NCBI GenBank assembly: GCA_051313645.2
Contig: JBNRSN020000003.1
Span: forward strand, 139,438,001-139,502,000
DNA from: Centroscyllium fabricii
Lineage: Eukaryota
Direction: 5' to 3'
DNA: 64,000 nucleotides
Part shown: positions 48,574-61,154 of the stretch, piece after piece
Position numbering within the stretch: position 1 is the first letter of the stretch
Layout: each line of letters begins with the position of its first letter
The notes under the pieces: generated by a model
Database searches by the model: none
Told to the model about the DNA's origin: nothing
What the model saw: the letters and a program-made list of their open reading frames with translations, nothing else
Position numbers and translations under genes: made by a program

Positions 48574-49255
48574 CAGGTTGAGCACCGGTAATCCGGCACC
48601 CTCGGGACCAGGCCGGTGCCGGAACATTGAAAATTCCGAACCACTGAAGGTTGAAGAAGGGATTGAAAACTTACTGATTAGCAGAGCTATCTGGTACTTC
48701 AGAGTGAGAGAATGGCAGAGATAATTGATGGGGCTGAATTTGTGGTCAGAGGCTTCCTGCGGGTAAATGCCACCGATCCACAAATAAATTGCCCGTCTAC
48801 CTGGTGGTCCAGGAGGTACGGAGATTCGCAGTCCTGGGACTCTCCGGGTGCTGGCAGGTAGAGGCCCACGTATCCTGGGGTGCAGGAGGTTCGCGAGCAT
48901 CCCTGGGATCATGTGGGCCGGCCTAACGAATGAGAAAAGGGAATCCCCATTCATTCTCATCGGTATTCCGTATGTATGGAAACCCCATAAGTATGAATTG
49001 GAAGACCCCAGAAAATATACCTGGACATCAAATAAATAAAAATAATCACATATTTAAAATTAATTAAAATGGCATTTAATTAAATATTTAAAACAAAAAT
49101 TAAATTTTTTGAAAAATAAATTTACATGCTTTACAGTGGGAAATGGTGGCACCGCCGAGCGGCTTCTCCACAAACTAAAGACCGTCGGTTTCAATTCGTG
49201 CCAGACCACTGAAGGTGCCGGACCATCGGGTGCCAGATTATCGGTGCTCAACCTA
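48574..49255. mobile_element. Tc1/mariner-pogo (Tigger-like) MITE containing a Harbinger-MITE fragment
   Basis: TA-CAGGTTGAGCACCG...CGGTGCTCAACCTA-TA. Confidence 0.75.
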
Positions 49256-49708
49256 TATATTATGTAATTCAAACCCTGATTGAATTGTTTGAACTGTTTC
49301 AAAATCTCCTTGGCCCATTTAAATTTGTATACTTGGTATTAGCTTATGCAGATCATGTAACATTTAATCATGTTATGGCTGCTACCACCCAGGAGTGCAG
49401 CTACCTCTGTTTCCAATCTGCTACTTGGGTTCACATTGCTGTCAAATTCAGTTGAACGTACAACAGTATATAATTTAAATCTGGCACTTTCAACATTAAG
49501 GTGAAATATCTCTGAGTGAAAGATGGAGTCTGCATTCTAATGAGCCAATAATCAAATAGCATTCTCAGAAACTGCATGTTACAAAGTATTCCTGCCATTT
49601 TGTTCGTAATGCATTAACTACAGTGAAAACTAGGTATTCTCCCATTTTTCTTAAAAGAGGAATTTCAGGCCCTTTAAAAAAAATTTTTTTTAAATTTACA
49701 TTGTGCAT

Positions 49709-50777
49709 TTGGTCACTTCAGTGCTTAGTACGACACAAATAATAAAAATAAATCATCAATATTTCAATTTAAAATAACATTTTTCTTTTTCAAAATTGGT
49801 CACTTCAGTGCTAAGTACAGGTTGAACACCATTTACCCAGTAACCGAAAAGCTGGCAACTTCAGTCATCTGGCATAAATCGCCCCGACTGCCATGCACAT
49901 GTGCAAAATGGCAACCGCGATCGATGCTTCAGCGAATGATCTGCGCATGCGCCGCCGAGTAGCGAGTGCATGCGCAGACCATTCAAAACTTCCGGCAGCC
50001 ATTTTGCATGATCTGCACATGCGCTCGCCGTTCGGCGGTGCATGCGCAGATCATTCAAAACTTCGCGGCGGCCATTTCCAATGGTAAGGATCTGCCGCTC
50101 ACTCCAGCCTCACCCCCTTCGGTTCTCTCGTGTTGTTAGTGCTGTGCTGGGCCTGCAGCCTGGGTGTCGATTTATAGTTGTGTGCCAGAGTGGGGTGGGG
50201 GGAGAGTCCCATCCTGTCTGCCTGGTGAGCTGAGCCGAGGGATCTTTGCACGGCGGGTTCTGGTTGTTTTGTCCCCATGAACCGGGAGATGTGAGCTCTG
50301 GCTTTGCTTTTTGAATTGGTGCAGTAGCTGCCGTTTACCATAATGTATGGACTCGGGCTGCAGCTACACTGCAGGTGACCAAAACTTCCGGCGGCCATTT
50401 CCAATATTGTACGCATGCGCGTGGCCATTTTGAATGGTGCGCGCATGCTCACTGACTGGCTTCATTATTCAGTTTTTTTCACTATACCGGCACGGGCCTA
50501 GTCCCGCCCGTGTCGGTATAATGGTGTTCAACCTGTACTACACAAATAAAAAAATAAATCAGCAATATTTCAATTTAAAATAACATTTTTCTTTTTCAAA
50601 ATTGGTCACTTCAGTGCTAAGTACTACACAAATAATAAAAATAAATCAGCAATATTTCAATTTAAAATAACATTTTTCTTTTTCAAAATTGGTCACTTCA
50701 GTGCTAAGTACTACACAAATAATAAAAATAAATCAGCAATATTTCAATTTAAAATAACATTTTTCTTTTTCAAAATT
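49709..50777. repeat. AT-rich tandem repeat, 87-bp unit, about 4 copies, one unit split by a MITE
   Basis: TTGGTCACTTCAGTGCTAAGTACTACACAAATAATAAAAATAAATC...CAAAA repeated at 49709, 49796, 50602 and 50689. Confidence 0.9.
49818..50535. mobile_element. Tigger/pogo-like MITE
   Basis: Perfect TIR CAGGTTGAACACCAT / ATGGTGTTCAACCTG; TA TSD. Confidence 0.9.
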
Positions 50778-51287
50778 GCAATGTTTTGGAATAAATACAC
50801 TATCAGTAATTTTAAGTTTATTTCCCTTGTAAGAATGGCCCCATGATTCATTTTTGCCCACAGTGCTTATGATTTTTGCAAGTCTTTCACAAAATAAGCT
50901 CAGTACTGCACTGCCCCAGGTGTGTGAGCCTATACATATGGGATGTCCCAAATTAGATTATTTGAATTCCACAAAGGATTGAACTCTGAGGTTAGCAAGT
51001 CATTTGTTAAAAATCCCAGACAATGGCCGCAAATTTAATGGAGGAGGTGGGTTGGAGTCGGGTTGCCTGGTGGGCGGGTTCCGGGCCCACTGCCGGTTTC
51101 CTGAATTGAAATTTTAATTTTATTGGCCTCTTAAGTGCCATGGTGCGTGGTGTCTATTCCAATGACTGGGATTGGGTCTGTTAGCCGCCTCTGATGATGT
51201 CATTGCTGCAGATGTTTTTAAGGGTCCCATGCAGCCTCAGCCTTTCATTTTTCATTTCTGCTGGTCTCTGAATGTGCCAAGGCCACA

Positions 51288-52337
51288 ATGAGTGGTGCAA
51301 AACCGAAGGCTGCTCCACATTTCAATGAGGACTCCCTCCAAGCACTTGTGGAGGGAGTAAGAGGGCGCAGGGAGATTCTGTTCGATCCCGATGGCCGGAG
51401 GAAGCCTCCTCAGCAAACAAAGGCAGTCTGGCTGCACATTGCTGAGGAGGTAAGCGCAAGGTCCATTTGTTCACGCACCTGGGTCCAGTGCTGGAAATGG
51501 TTTAATGATCTTCTGTGATCAGCAAAAGTGAGTATTGTAGCGCCAGCAAGGCCTAGAAACCACGCGTGCGTGCCGCCACAGTATCACATCACACTTACCT
51601 TCAATCAGCTTCCCTTCCCTTCTCATCACCAGCATTCTGCTTTGTAAGCCTGCCCCTCCACATACCACCTTACCCTTACTTCCCTTGCACCCTTACCTAT
51701 CCATCTCTCTCTCTGTACTGAATCCTTTCACCATCCTGCCTATGCGCCCCTCACACTCGCTCTCACTGTTATGCAATGACAACAACTAACAACGCACAGG
51801 GAGCCAACTTCATCTTGGCACCTCACTCCATCAAGCTTCTATGTTATGGATTCTTCGCAGTCACTCTATCACTTTCGCTGAAATTCCACTTGTGTCCCTC
51901 CTTGCAGGAAATGATAGCCCCCAATAAGAGGGAGAGAGCAAAGACAGGAGGAGGGACTCCATCCTTGGTGACATTGACAAGTGCTGAGGAGGCTGCACAC
52001 GAGATCGTTGGAGATGGTGAGGAGCTGGAAGTGAGGGACGGAGAGATGGGCACACTAGCCGAAGCTGGTGACAGAATAGAGTTTCATCCCTTTCATTTAG
52101 ATTTCATGGTTGACTGCAATGGCATATGATGTTCATAGAGATTCACTTTGTGTCATCTGCACAAAAGGATGTGTCTGCTGCCTAAAAATCAGATGTCTTA
52201 AATGCCTTTACTCTCCCAAAGGACCATCAAGTGCCCCCCTCTCCACTGTCCAGGAGGAAGAGCCGAACGACTCCTCAGAGGAACCTGCAGCCTCTGAGGG
52301 AGCAGCGTCACCAGATCTCAGGCCACATCCAGCCCCG
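51288..52337 (+). pseudogene. Harbinger Myb/SANT-like gene (three exons, truncated)
   Basis: APHFNEDSLQALVEG..RTWVQCWKWFNDL, GTGAGT donor near 51528, exon 2 EMIAPNKRERAKTGGG. Confidence 0.85.
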
Positions 52338-53954
52338 TGTAGGGGGTGGCCTGTGGGGGGGGGGGGGAGTGTTTGTCTCTCCGACCCTTTGAGAGGTTTG
52401 AATCGCTTCCACATCCCTACCAAGTTCTAGACTTTGGACTTATTTACAGGTTGCGGTACAGAAAACGAGGAGAACAATTGATTGGTGCAAGCAAACTGTG
52501 AATTTTATTAAAAGTCAAAAATGAGAACTTATTACACAGGGCTATACTTCAAATCACAAGAAAACACATCTGCATACAAAAACACATTAATCAGGAAGGG
52601 GGAACACCCGGCAGAATGAGGGAAAAACACATTTAAACCCTCTACACTGTCCCACCCCCAATTCCTATCTAAATTGCTCATAAGAGAACCAGGGATTATG
52701 CTCACCAAGGGGTTTCGTTGACAGTTCAAAATCTGTCTGTTACAGTCGGTTGCGAGGTTTTGGGCTTTGTTTCTTTGTGTCCTCTGGGGCCTGCTGTCCC
52801 CACGTGGTATGAGTCTCAGACTCGGCGTGAGTCTTTCAGTTGGGTGGAAGTCCGCTGATGCGGTCGGGCACGGTTGTGGATCTGTCCGGGTAAGTACCCA
52901 ATATTCTCCTTTTAGTGGTAGGAGAGTAAAGTCTTTAATGGATACTTTTAGTTGTTAGATGGTTTTACCTTCCGGTGGTAGTCTGGTTGTCGAGGTTGTT
53001 GCGGTTGGGGCTGGGCTGGTGGCATTCGATGTCGGTGGGGTCGCGGTGGCCTGGGTCAATGCCTAGTCGTGGCGTTGACCTTAAGGTAAGGTTTAACCAG
53101 CTCTTGGTTACCGCGATGTTCGTGGTCCTCATGTAGGGCTATGGTTCTGGCCTTGTTGGTTTCGGTCGAGCCTGCCCACGTTGTTGTCTTCCTGCCGCTT
53201 GCCCCTGTGTTGCTTGCTTCTTCCTTGGCTGGCTTCTTATGACTTGGCTTCTTGCTTGGCTTGCTGCTGCTCTGTGTGGCTGGCTGTTGGCTTGCTGCTG
53301 CTCTGCTTACTGTGGACTATGTCTGCAGTTATATTCTTTTTCCAACTCTAATCTACGTGCCAATCAATGCCCATTCTTTGTTCGACTTTTGGCGGGCTTG
53401 TTAAAACAATGAAGGCCATTTACTTTAACTGGTTTTGGGGTGGCAACCTCCTGGTCTAAATGACTTAACAGTGTCTGCATTGTTGGAGTGTTTAATAAGC
53501 ATGGCCCTTAATGGCTGCCTCCCTGGCTCAGGACCATTTGCCATTGTATTTGGAGGCCTGGATGTTTGTTTAAACATGGCCTTAATCAGTTTTGTTCTGG
53601 TTTGAATGTTTTGAATTACTTATTCATTGTCTTTGATGGGTTGTGTAGTCTTCAAGGCTGGAATCTTATGTTTATTGTGTCTGGTTTCGTTTCCCCGCAT
53701 GTCACATTAGAAATCTCTTTTTGAAAGCTGACTTTGCAGGGTTTTGCTTTAAAACTTACAGGCTTTTCCAATTAAAGTCCAAAAAGCTGCATCTTCTTTG
53801 GGATCCCTACAATCAAATGGCCTGTATTGCAGGGGGCATACTGTAGTAATTCTGGTGTTCAAACCCAAAGTTCCTTTTCTGGAGGGTTCCCTTATTCCAA
53901 TTAATGTCCCCTTTATTAAAACTTGGGAGATATGGGAATTTTGAGAGTCCCACA
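52338..53954 (-). mobile_element. Long solo-LTR-like insertion (1617 bp)
   Basis: TG...CA termini; 4-bp TSD CCCG; minus-strand TATAA near 53330 and AATAAA near 52505; no recognisable coding domain. Confidence 0.8.
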
Positions 53955-53958
53955 CCCG

Positions 53959-55079
53959 CAAGGCATGACTCCTCCTCCTCCTGCTCATTCTCCTCCTCCT
54001 CTTCCTCTTCATCTGAGGATGCTCTGCACAAACCACTTGGTCCTCAGGGAGCACTAAGCCATGCTGCTGTGCAATGTTGTGCAGGGCATAGCAGATGACA
54101 ATGATTCGAGACACCATGGCTGGTGCATAGTGCAGGGCTCCAGCAGATCTGTCGAGGCATGGGAATTGCATTTTGAACAAGCCGATGGTTTGCTCTATGA
54201 TGCTTCTGGTGGAAAGGTGGCTCAAATTGTAGCGCTCCTCAGCCTCCTCATCGGTGTCATGAGCCACTTTTTCAGGGAATAGCCCTTGTTGCCAAATAGC
54301 CATCCAGAAAGTTGGATTGGCAGATTGAAGAGCTGAGGCACAGTAGACCGCTGCAGGATGAAGGACTAGTAGCAACTGCCAGGCTACTTGGTGCAAACAT
54401 GCATGATGATGTTCCTGTGGTTACACACCAGCTGGACGTTCAGGGAGTGGAATCCCTTACAATTGACAAATACAGTTGGGTTGTGATGGGGTGCCCTAAT
54501 GGCTGCATGTGTGCAGTCTATGACACCCTGCACCCTTCGGAAGCCTGCCAGATTTGCAAAGCCAGCTGCATGTGAGGTTACACTTGCTTCATCCATGAAG
54601 AAGTGGATGTAATTGTGTGCCTTTGCAAAGAGAGCATTGGTAGCCTGCGTGATGCAGGTATGTGCGGCCAATTGGGAGATGCCGCTGATGTCTGCAGATG
54701 ATCGCTGGATGGAGCCCAAAGCAAAGAGGTTGACTGCAGTGGTGACTTTGACAGTCATTGGTAAGGCATGTCCACACGCTCCTCTGGGCTCCAGCTGTTG
54801 GTGCAGCATTGCGCTGATGTCAGCGACTACGTCTCGTGGAATTCTCAGCCTCCTTTAGCACTGCTGCTCACTCAAGTTGAGGAAGCTCATCCTCTGCCTG
54901 TAAAGCAGGTGCTGGGGGTTTCTCCTGCAGTGAGGTGCAGGCCTGCGCTGACGCCCTCTACCCTGTGCATCATCAGATGGCTGAGGAGAAGGCTGGTGCT
55001 CCTGCTTTTGATGCTGCTGCCACTCCTGCTGTTCCTCCGAATCTGACGACCAGGATGAGAGGATATAAATGTTTCCCAT
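53959..55079 (-). pseudogene. Harbinger DDE transposase, disrupted
   Basis: GVIDCTHAA, KGFHSLNVQLVC, STRSIIEQTIGLFKMQF, LHN. Confidence 0.9.
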
Positions 55080-55726
55080 ACCGCTGGTATATATCTCAGT
55101 CAACGAATAGAGGTTGTTTGCGCTCAGACAAAGTGGCCAGAGGGTATTCCAAGGAGATCACACAGCAGATGGATTTCAGCTTCAACACTCAGAAGATTAG
55201 TAGAGCTGCCAATTGTCTCCCAAGCCTCAAAGCACGAGGTTGTGGCCTGTGAAAGAATGAGAGATTGCAGGACTGCTTTTAAGCTGCTTGAGCAGCTGCC
55301 AGCAATTCAGGTCCTTGCTCAAACCGTCTCGATTCACCTGGCATGTTTTTAGGAAGACGGGCAGCATGATGAAAAACCTCCAAAATCAGATCAGGCCTTT
55401 AAAATAGCATTATCCAGGCAGTTAACAAGCCCTTAACTGCCTTTCCCACTGTTTGGTGTCGGGTCAGTTTGGGAATGGCTGACCCGACACTTGCCAAAGT
55501 TGCATGGAGGCGGGTTGGAGGCGGGTTCACAGCCCGCACCCAGTTTTTCTGATTTTTGCAACAACGCCTCCAAACCCCCTGAGCGCTATTAAATTTGCGG
55601 CCAATAGTTCTGCACAATTAAACAACTGCTAATTAATATGTAATTGCTATCTTGTCTAAATCTACTAAATGTCATTACTTTTCAAAATAATGCAGGAGGT
55701 GATAGGAATAGACTAATCCATTCAAA

Positions 55727-57302
55727 GGGGTAAATTTTCCCTCAGGTGTGGGGAATTGGTGGGTTTCCTGTGGGTCAGGTTTCTGACACAAATCTTAAAG
55801 GGCCTGGGAGCCCCACGCAATTTTGGCTCAATTGGCCAATTGATTTCCAGTGTGTGGGATCCCTTGGCAATTGACTATTTCCAGTCAGAAAGTCGCACAA
55901 TATGATGTTATCATTGCTGGTGCATTTCAGGTCCACAGCAAGCCTTGCTTCTGCTGCGGACTGCCAACCTTGTGCCCTTTCATGCCAGAGGGACCTGGAG
56001 GCAGAATCACCATCGAGAGACCTAGGTCTGCTTCCAGGTTTGATGATGTGGCTCTGCAAACTTCATTTGAGGGAGCAAGAGCTCATAAAGAGGTGCTCTT
56101 CCCTTCTTCAGGGAGGAAGAAGTCTCCCCAGCAGGCTGTGTGGATCCAGGTGGCAGAGGAGGGCAACTCATTATCAGTCCCCCGCAGAACCTGCATTCAG
56201 TGCAGGAAGAGATTTCATGACCTTCTGCACACTGGAAAAGTGAGGATGGAACTCCCATCACGCGCAATCTGATCCCCAATGTCTTTCCTCACCAGCACTC
56301 AGCTTCAGCAATCTCTTTCTCCACATCCCACTTGACACTCACATCCACGCACCCTTACCCATTCCCTTTCTCTCTATGCTCACATTCACATAACTATTCA
56401 ACCATGCAGCCCTCACACTCCCTATCACTCTGATGCTTTGAACACAACTGACAACACATATGGAGTGCCCTTGGTCTTGCCACCTCACTCCATCTTTGTC
56501 TCCTTCTAAGTATCCAGACAGGGACAGCAGTGGAGAGTCCTATTTGGAGGGTGCAAGACTCTGCCAGCTCAGCTCAGCTACACGTCGACCCTCTGCCTCT
56601 GGGTCCATCCATAAGATCAGCGGTGCTGGAACTCCAGGAACAGATGCAGGAGTGGGTGGGTGAGCAGCAGCCTGGCACTCATGCTGCTGTTGCTGTTGTT
56701 CTTGGTACAGTTGGTGCCACGGCTGGTGTGGGAGCTCATCTAATACCCAGAAAGGCATAACCTAAATGGCTTCCACGCTTCTGGCTTATGCCTCCGCTGA
56801 GGAAGTGCTGAGTGAAGGTGCCGAGAGGGGTTTCCCAGGAGTTCACACTGGAGATGTGTGTGAGGCTCCAACCTACCACAAGTGTGATTAGGACTTCTAA
56901 ATGTTGCCCCAAGCCAGAAAAAATAAGGTCCTGCCACCTGCATATGATGGCAGGTTCAATGTCAGACCTTATGATGAAGCTGCTGCTGAGAGTCAGCAAG
57001 CCGATTGTGGTCCTGCTAGGTTTCAGTGGCGGGGTTTCCACCTGGCGGGTTTTGTGTGGAAAACGGCTAAAAATCGCTAAGGCCCCTTAAAATGACATTA
57101 TACATGCCAATTAACAGTGCTTAAGGAGCCTAACCACCATTCCCGCCGGTGGCGGGTGGGAAAGATGTGGGGCGGACAGACACGGCGGCGGGAAATCGGA
57201 AAGCGGCGGGGATCCGGCGGGAGAGGTCGGGAACCCCGTTTTGCAATTTTGCAGCCCGCCCCGCCGAAAAGCCCGCCTGACAGCTCAATGAAAATTGATG
57301 CC
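55727..57302. mobile_element. Harbinger 3, heavily deleted (Myb exon 1 about 56000-56240, transposase 5' remnant about 56640-56760)
   Basis: Ends GGGGTAAATTTTC / GAAAATTGATGCC; flanks AAA/AAG; SRFDDVAL..RTCIQCRKRFHDL. Confidence 0.8.
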
Positions 57303-58146
57303 AAGGTATCTATTTGTGACGTTCTGTGCTTTTGTTAAAAATATAACTTACTATCAAATCTTTTAAAATGTTTCATTATGCCAAAAACGGAGTTATTAGG
57401 TCAGAGGATGCAGAGCAGGTGCTGGAGAGCCCACAAAGACTTTCCCTATCCAGCACATCACTCTTCTGTCACCACAGCAACACCTGCGTCTGGCGGTATT
57501 TTTATCTCTAGTTAGAAACACACTTGAAAAATTCTGTGAATTCACAAATTGTCGCCAGGAACTGCATAACTAGTTTTCCAAACTTATTACCATTCTGCTC
57601 TCTTCCCCGATTTAGACCACGAATTTGACTGAAACACAGTCAGATGATCTGCTCTTTTATGTAATCGTGTATATGTGATGAGCATGTTTTTTAAATATAA
57701 GATGTGGGGAGAAATTAAAACAAATTTTGCTGGTATTGGACTGCTCATTAAATAATGGTTCACTGGGATGGATTGTAATAAATCTTAGCTATATATTTGA
57801 AGACAAATACTTTAAGGTTTCCCTGCAAGTCATGGCTTTGTTGTGATGCAGAGTATAACTGACGCAAATACATGACGTGTCCTGTACATGTTTAGATTCT
57901 TTATAGCCTTTTTATTGATATTCTTTTTATTATAGCAAAGTCAGCAGGTAAATAAAAATAAACTAAATCTGATCTCTCTTTTGAAAATTTATTTGCCAAC
58001 TTTCACCCCCACAGGGAGCCACATTTTTCTAGCAGCCATGCTCAGAATTGAAAATGTCCCACAAATATTTTGTCCATAGTTTGTTATGTGGAGGGGGAGG
58101 GAGGAAGGGGGGGATGGGGAGGGGGAAGGGAGGAGAGGAGGGATTT

Positions 58147-58551
58147 AACATAGAAACATAGAAGATAGGAGCAGGAGTAGGCCATTCGGCCCTTCGAGCC
58201 TGCTCCGCCATTCAATGAGATCATTGCTGATCATCCAAATCCAGCACCCCTTCCCTGCCTTGTCCCCATATCCCTCGATCCCTATCGAGCCTGCACCAAC
58301 ACATATCCCACCCTATCCCCGTAACCCCACATATTCAATCCCCCTAACATTAAGGGTCAATTTATCATGGCCACTCAACCTAACCCGCACATTTTTGGAC
58401 TGTGGGAGGAAACTGGAGCACCCGGAGGAAACCCACGCAGACACGGGGAGAATGTGCAAACTCCACACAGATAGTACCCGAGGCTGGATTTGAACCCGGG
58501 TCTCTAGTGCTGTAAGGCAACAGTGCTAACCACTATGCCACCGTGCCGCCC
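58147..58551 (-). mobile_element. HE1-type SINE
   Basis: Reverse complement of the 47802-48207 family. Confidence 0.92.
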
Positions 58552-58919
58552 TTGAATCACATCGGAGGAGAACATCTTCTCACTGCCAAAACAAAATATG
58601 GACAGAGCTGTGGACTGCTGGAACACTGCTTTTGGGAGCAGGTACAGGGTGGGGTTCGAGGGGCTGGTGAAAACCGTGAACTAGAATGGCTGGAGACAAA
58701 GCTATGGCCAGAATATACATAGTAGAGTGTTTGTTTGGCATCAGTTCCACCAGCACACATCTCTCGGGGCAGGGTGATATTTGCTGAAATTAACTGCAGG
58801 GTGTCTTTTATATTTTTCAGCAAGTATCCTGCCCAACGGCTGGCCTGATTACTAGGCTGTCTGACTGTCAGGCAGCAAAGCAGCTGGGAAGCGGATGCCA
58901 GGTAAGCAAGAGATCGCAA

Positions 58920-60230
58920 TGTGGGGATGGGGGGTGGGTGGTGAGCCTGAGATCAAGGAGGGGTGGGGGTGTCGGAGACTGCGAGGGTAGTCAGAGATCA
59001 CCGGGTGTGGGGGTGTCGTAGATTATGTGGGGTGTCAAAGATCAGGGGTGGAGTGAGGGGAGCCGGAGATTGGGTGGGCGGGGAGCTATCGGAAATCACC
59101 AGGTGTGGGGGTGACGTAGATTACGAGGGGTGTCAAAGATCAGGGGTGGAGTGAGGGGAGTCAGAGGTCGTGGGGTATTGGAGATCGGGGTGGGGGGGTT
59201 GTCAGAAATTGCGGGCAGGGTTGGGAAAGTTGGAGATCACGGGGCGGGGGGGTGGCGGCGAGAGTCGGCGATCAGGGTGGAGGGAGTTGGAGATCAGAGG
59301 GTGGGGCGAGACGGAGATCGTGAGTGGGTGAGACGGAGAACAGAGGGTGGGGGAGAGGGAGGTCAGAGGGTGGGGGATATGGAGATCAGAGGGTGGGGGA
59401 GTTAGAGAGCGGGGGTGGGGGAGTCGGAGATCAGAGGGTGGGGGAGAGGGAGATCGGGGGTGGGGGAGAGGGAGATCAGAGGGTGGGGGAGAGGGAGATC
59501 AGAGGGTGGGGGAGACAGAGATCGGAGGGTGGGGGAGACGGAGATCGGAGGGTGGGGGAGACGGAGATTGGGGGTGGGGGAGACGGAGATCGGGGGTGTG
59601 GGAGATGGAGATCAGGGGTGGGGGAGATGGAGATTGGGGGTGGGAGAGACGGATATTGGGGGTGGGAGAGACGGATATCGGGGGTGTGGGAGACGGAGAT
59701 CAGGGGTGGGGAGACGGAGATTGGGGGTGGGGGAGACGGAGATCGGAGGGTGGGGGAGACGGAGATCGGAGGGTGGGGGAGACGGAGATCGGAGGTTGGG
59801 GGAGACGGAGATCGAGGGTGGGGGAGAGGGAGATCAGAGGGTGGGGGAGACGGAGATCAGAGGGTGGGGGAGAGGGAGATCAGAGGGTGGGGGAGACGGA
59901 GATCAGGGGTGGGGGAGACGGAGATCGGAGGGTGGGGGAGATGGAGATCGGAGGTTGGGGGAGACGGAGATCAGAGGGTGGGGGAGAGGGAGATCGGGGG
60001 TGGGGAGAGGGTGATCGGAGGGTGGGGGAGATGGAGATCAGAGAGTGGGGGGGAGTCGGGGACCGGGGGGAGATGGAGATTGAGGGGTGGGGGGGGGGGG
60101 GAGATGGAGATCAGAGGGTGGGGTAGTCCGGGATCAGGGGTAGTCGGGGATCGGGGGAGACGGAGATTGAGGGGTGGGAGGTAGTCGGAGATCAGAGGAT
60201 GGTGGAGTCGGGAATTGGGGGTGTCTCAAG
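58920..60230 (+). repeat. G-rich minisatellite (unit about 23 nt, GGAGATC(A/G)GAGGGTGGGGGAGAC)
   Basis: Directly visible tandem array, most homogeneous at 59330-60130. Confidence 0.92.
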
Positions 60231-60481
60231 AGTGAATTGGTCACCCGTCCCCCCACCCACCTCCATTAGAACCAGAAGTGGGCAGGTTAGGGCCGGTTTT
60301 GAGTTTTACATTTATTACCCCTTCCTACCCACCCCAACCCACCCCTCCTTGGGGATTTAAATTCCCTTCACTACCAGTCCTGATTTCAACCAAACCTACT
60401 CGGCCAGAATGGGGTGGATTTAAGTCGGACACCCGATTTACTTCCCACCCCATTTAATGCTCCATTGAAGTTTAATGGTGT

Positions 60482-60850
60482 CAGAAACACAGAAACACAG
60501 AAGATAGGAGCAGGAGTAGGCCATTCGGCCCTTCGAGCATGCCCCGCCATTTTTGATGAGATCATGGCTGATCATCCAAACCCAGCACCCCCCTCCTACC
60601 CTCTCCCCATATCCCCCGATACCCCAATTCTAAGAACTATATCTCACACACATACTCATGGGCAATTTGTAGTATCTCCAATTCACCTAACCTGCATGTC
60701 TTTGGGTGGTGGGAGGAAACCGGAGTACCCGGAGGAAACCCACACGAAAAAGGGGAGAACATGCAAACTCCACGCAGAGAGGTCCCGGGCCAAGCAGGAT
60801 TCGAACCCAGGAGCTCCTTATTGCGAGGCAGCAGTGCTAACCACTCGAGA
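60482..60850 (-). mobile_element. HE1-related SINE variant
   Basis: CR1-type tail, GGAAACCGGAGTACCCGGAGGAAACCCAC core, GGATTCGAACC box B. Confidence 0.8.
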
Positions 60851-60867
60851 GTGCTAACCAGTCGAGA

Positions 60868-61020
60868 AGGGTAAGGGGTGATCTAATAGAGGCTTTTAAG
60901 ATAATGAAGATGTCTGTTAAGGTAAATAGTGATAACTCAATTGTACTGGTCAGCAAGATAGTAATGAGAGGGCATAAATTTCAGATAATCACCAAAAGAG
61001 TTAAAAGGTAAGTTAGAAAT
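60868..61020 (+). mobile_element. Old CR1 3' ORF2 fragment
   Basis: RGDLIEAFKIMK-like coding remnant. Confidence 0.55.
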
Positions 61021-61154
61021 TTGAAGCAGGGTCTTTAATTTCTTTTAAAAAGGAATAAACTGCTTAAAAATAAGTATGTTTATGAATAGGAAAGAGAGTA
61101 GAAAAGTGCAATTAGACTCAGTAGATAGAGAATAATAAGGGGAAAAAAACACTA

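Larger units (their letters stand above)
51025..55602. mobile_element. PIF/Harbinger transposon 2 (internally deleted)
   Basis: Perfect 15-bp TIR GGCCGCAAATTTAAT; TSD AAT; Myb gene on plus, transposase on minus. Confidence 0.95.

Noticed and set aside
49709-50777. CRISPR-like repeat
   Set aside because: Head-to-tail 87-bp units with no spacers; the single interruption is a TA-flanked MITE.
59130-60184. Long Gly/Arg/Glu-rich ORFs in three frames
   Set aside because: By-product of a stop-poor minisatellite.
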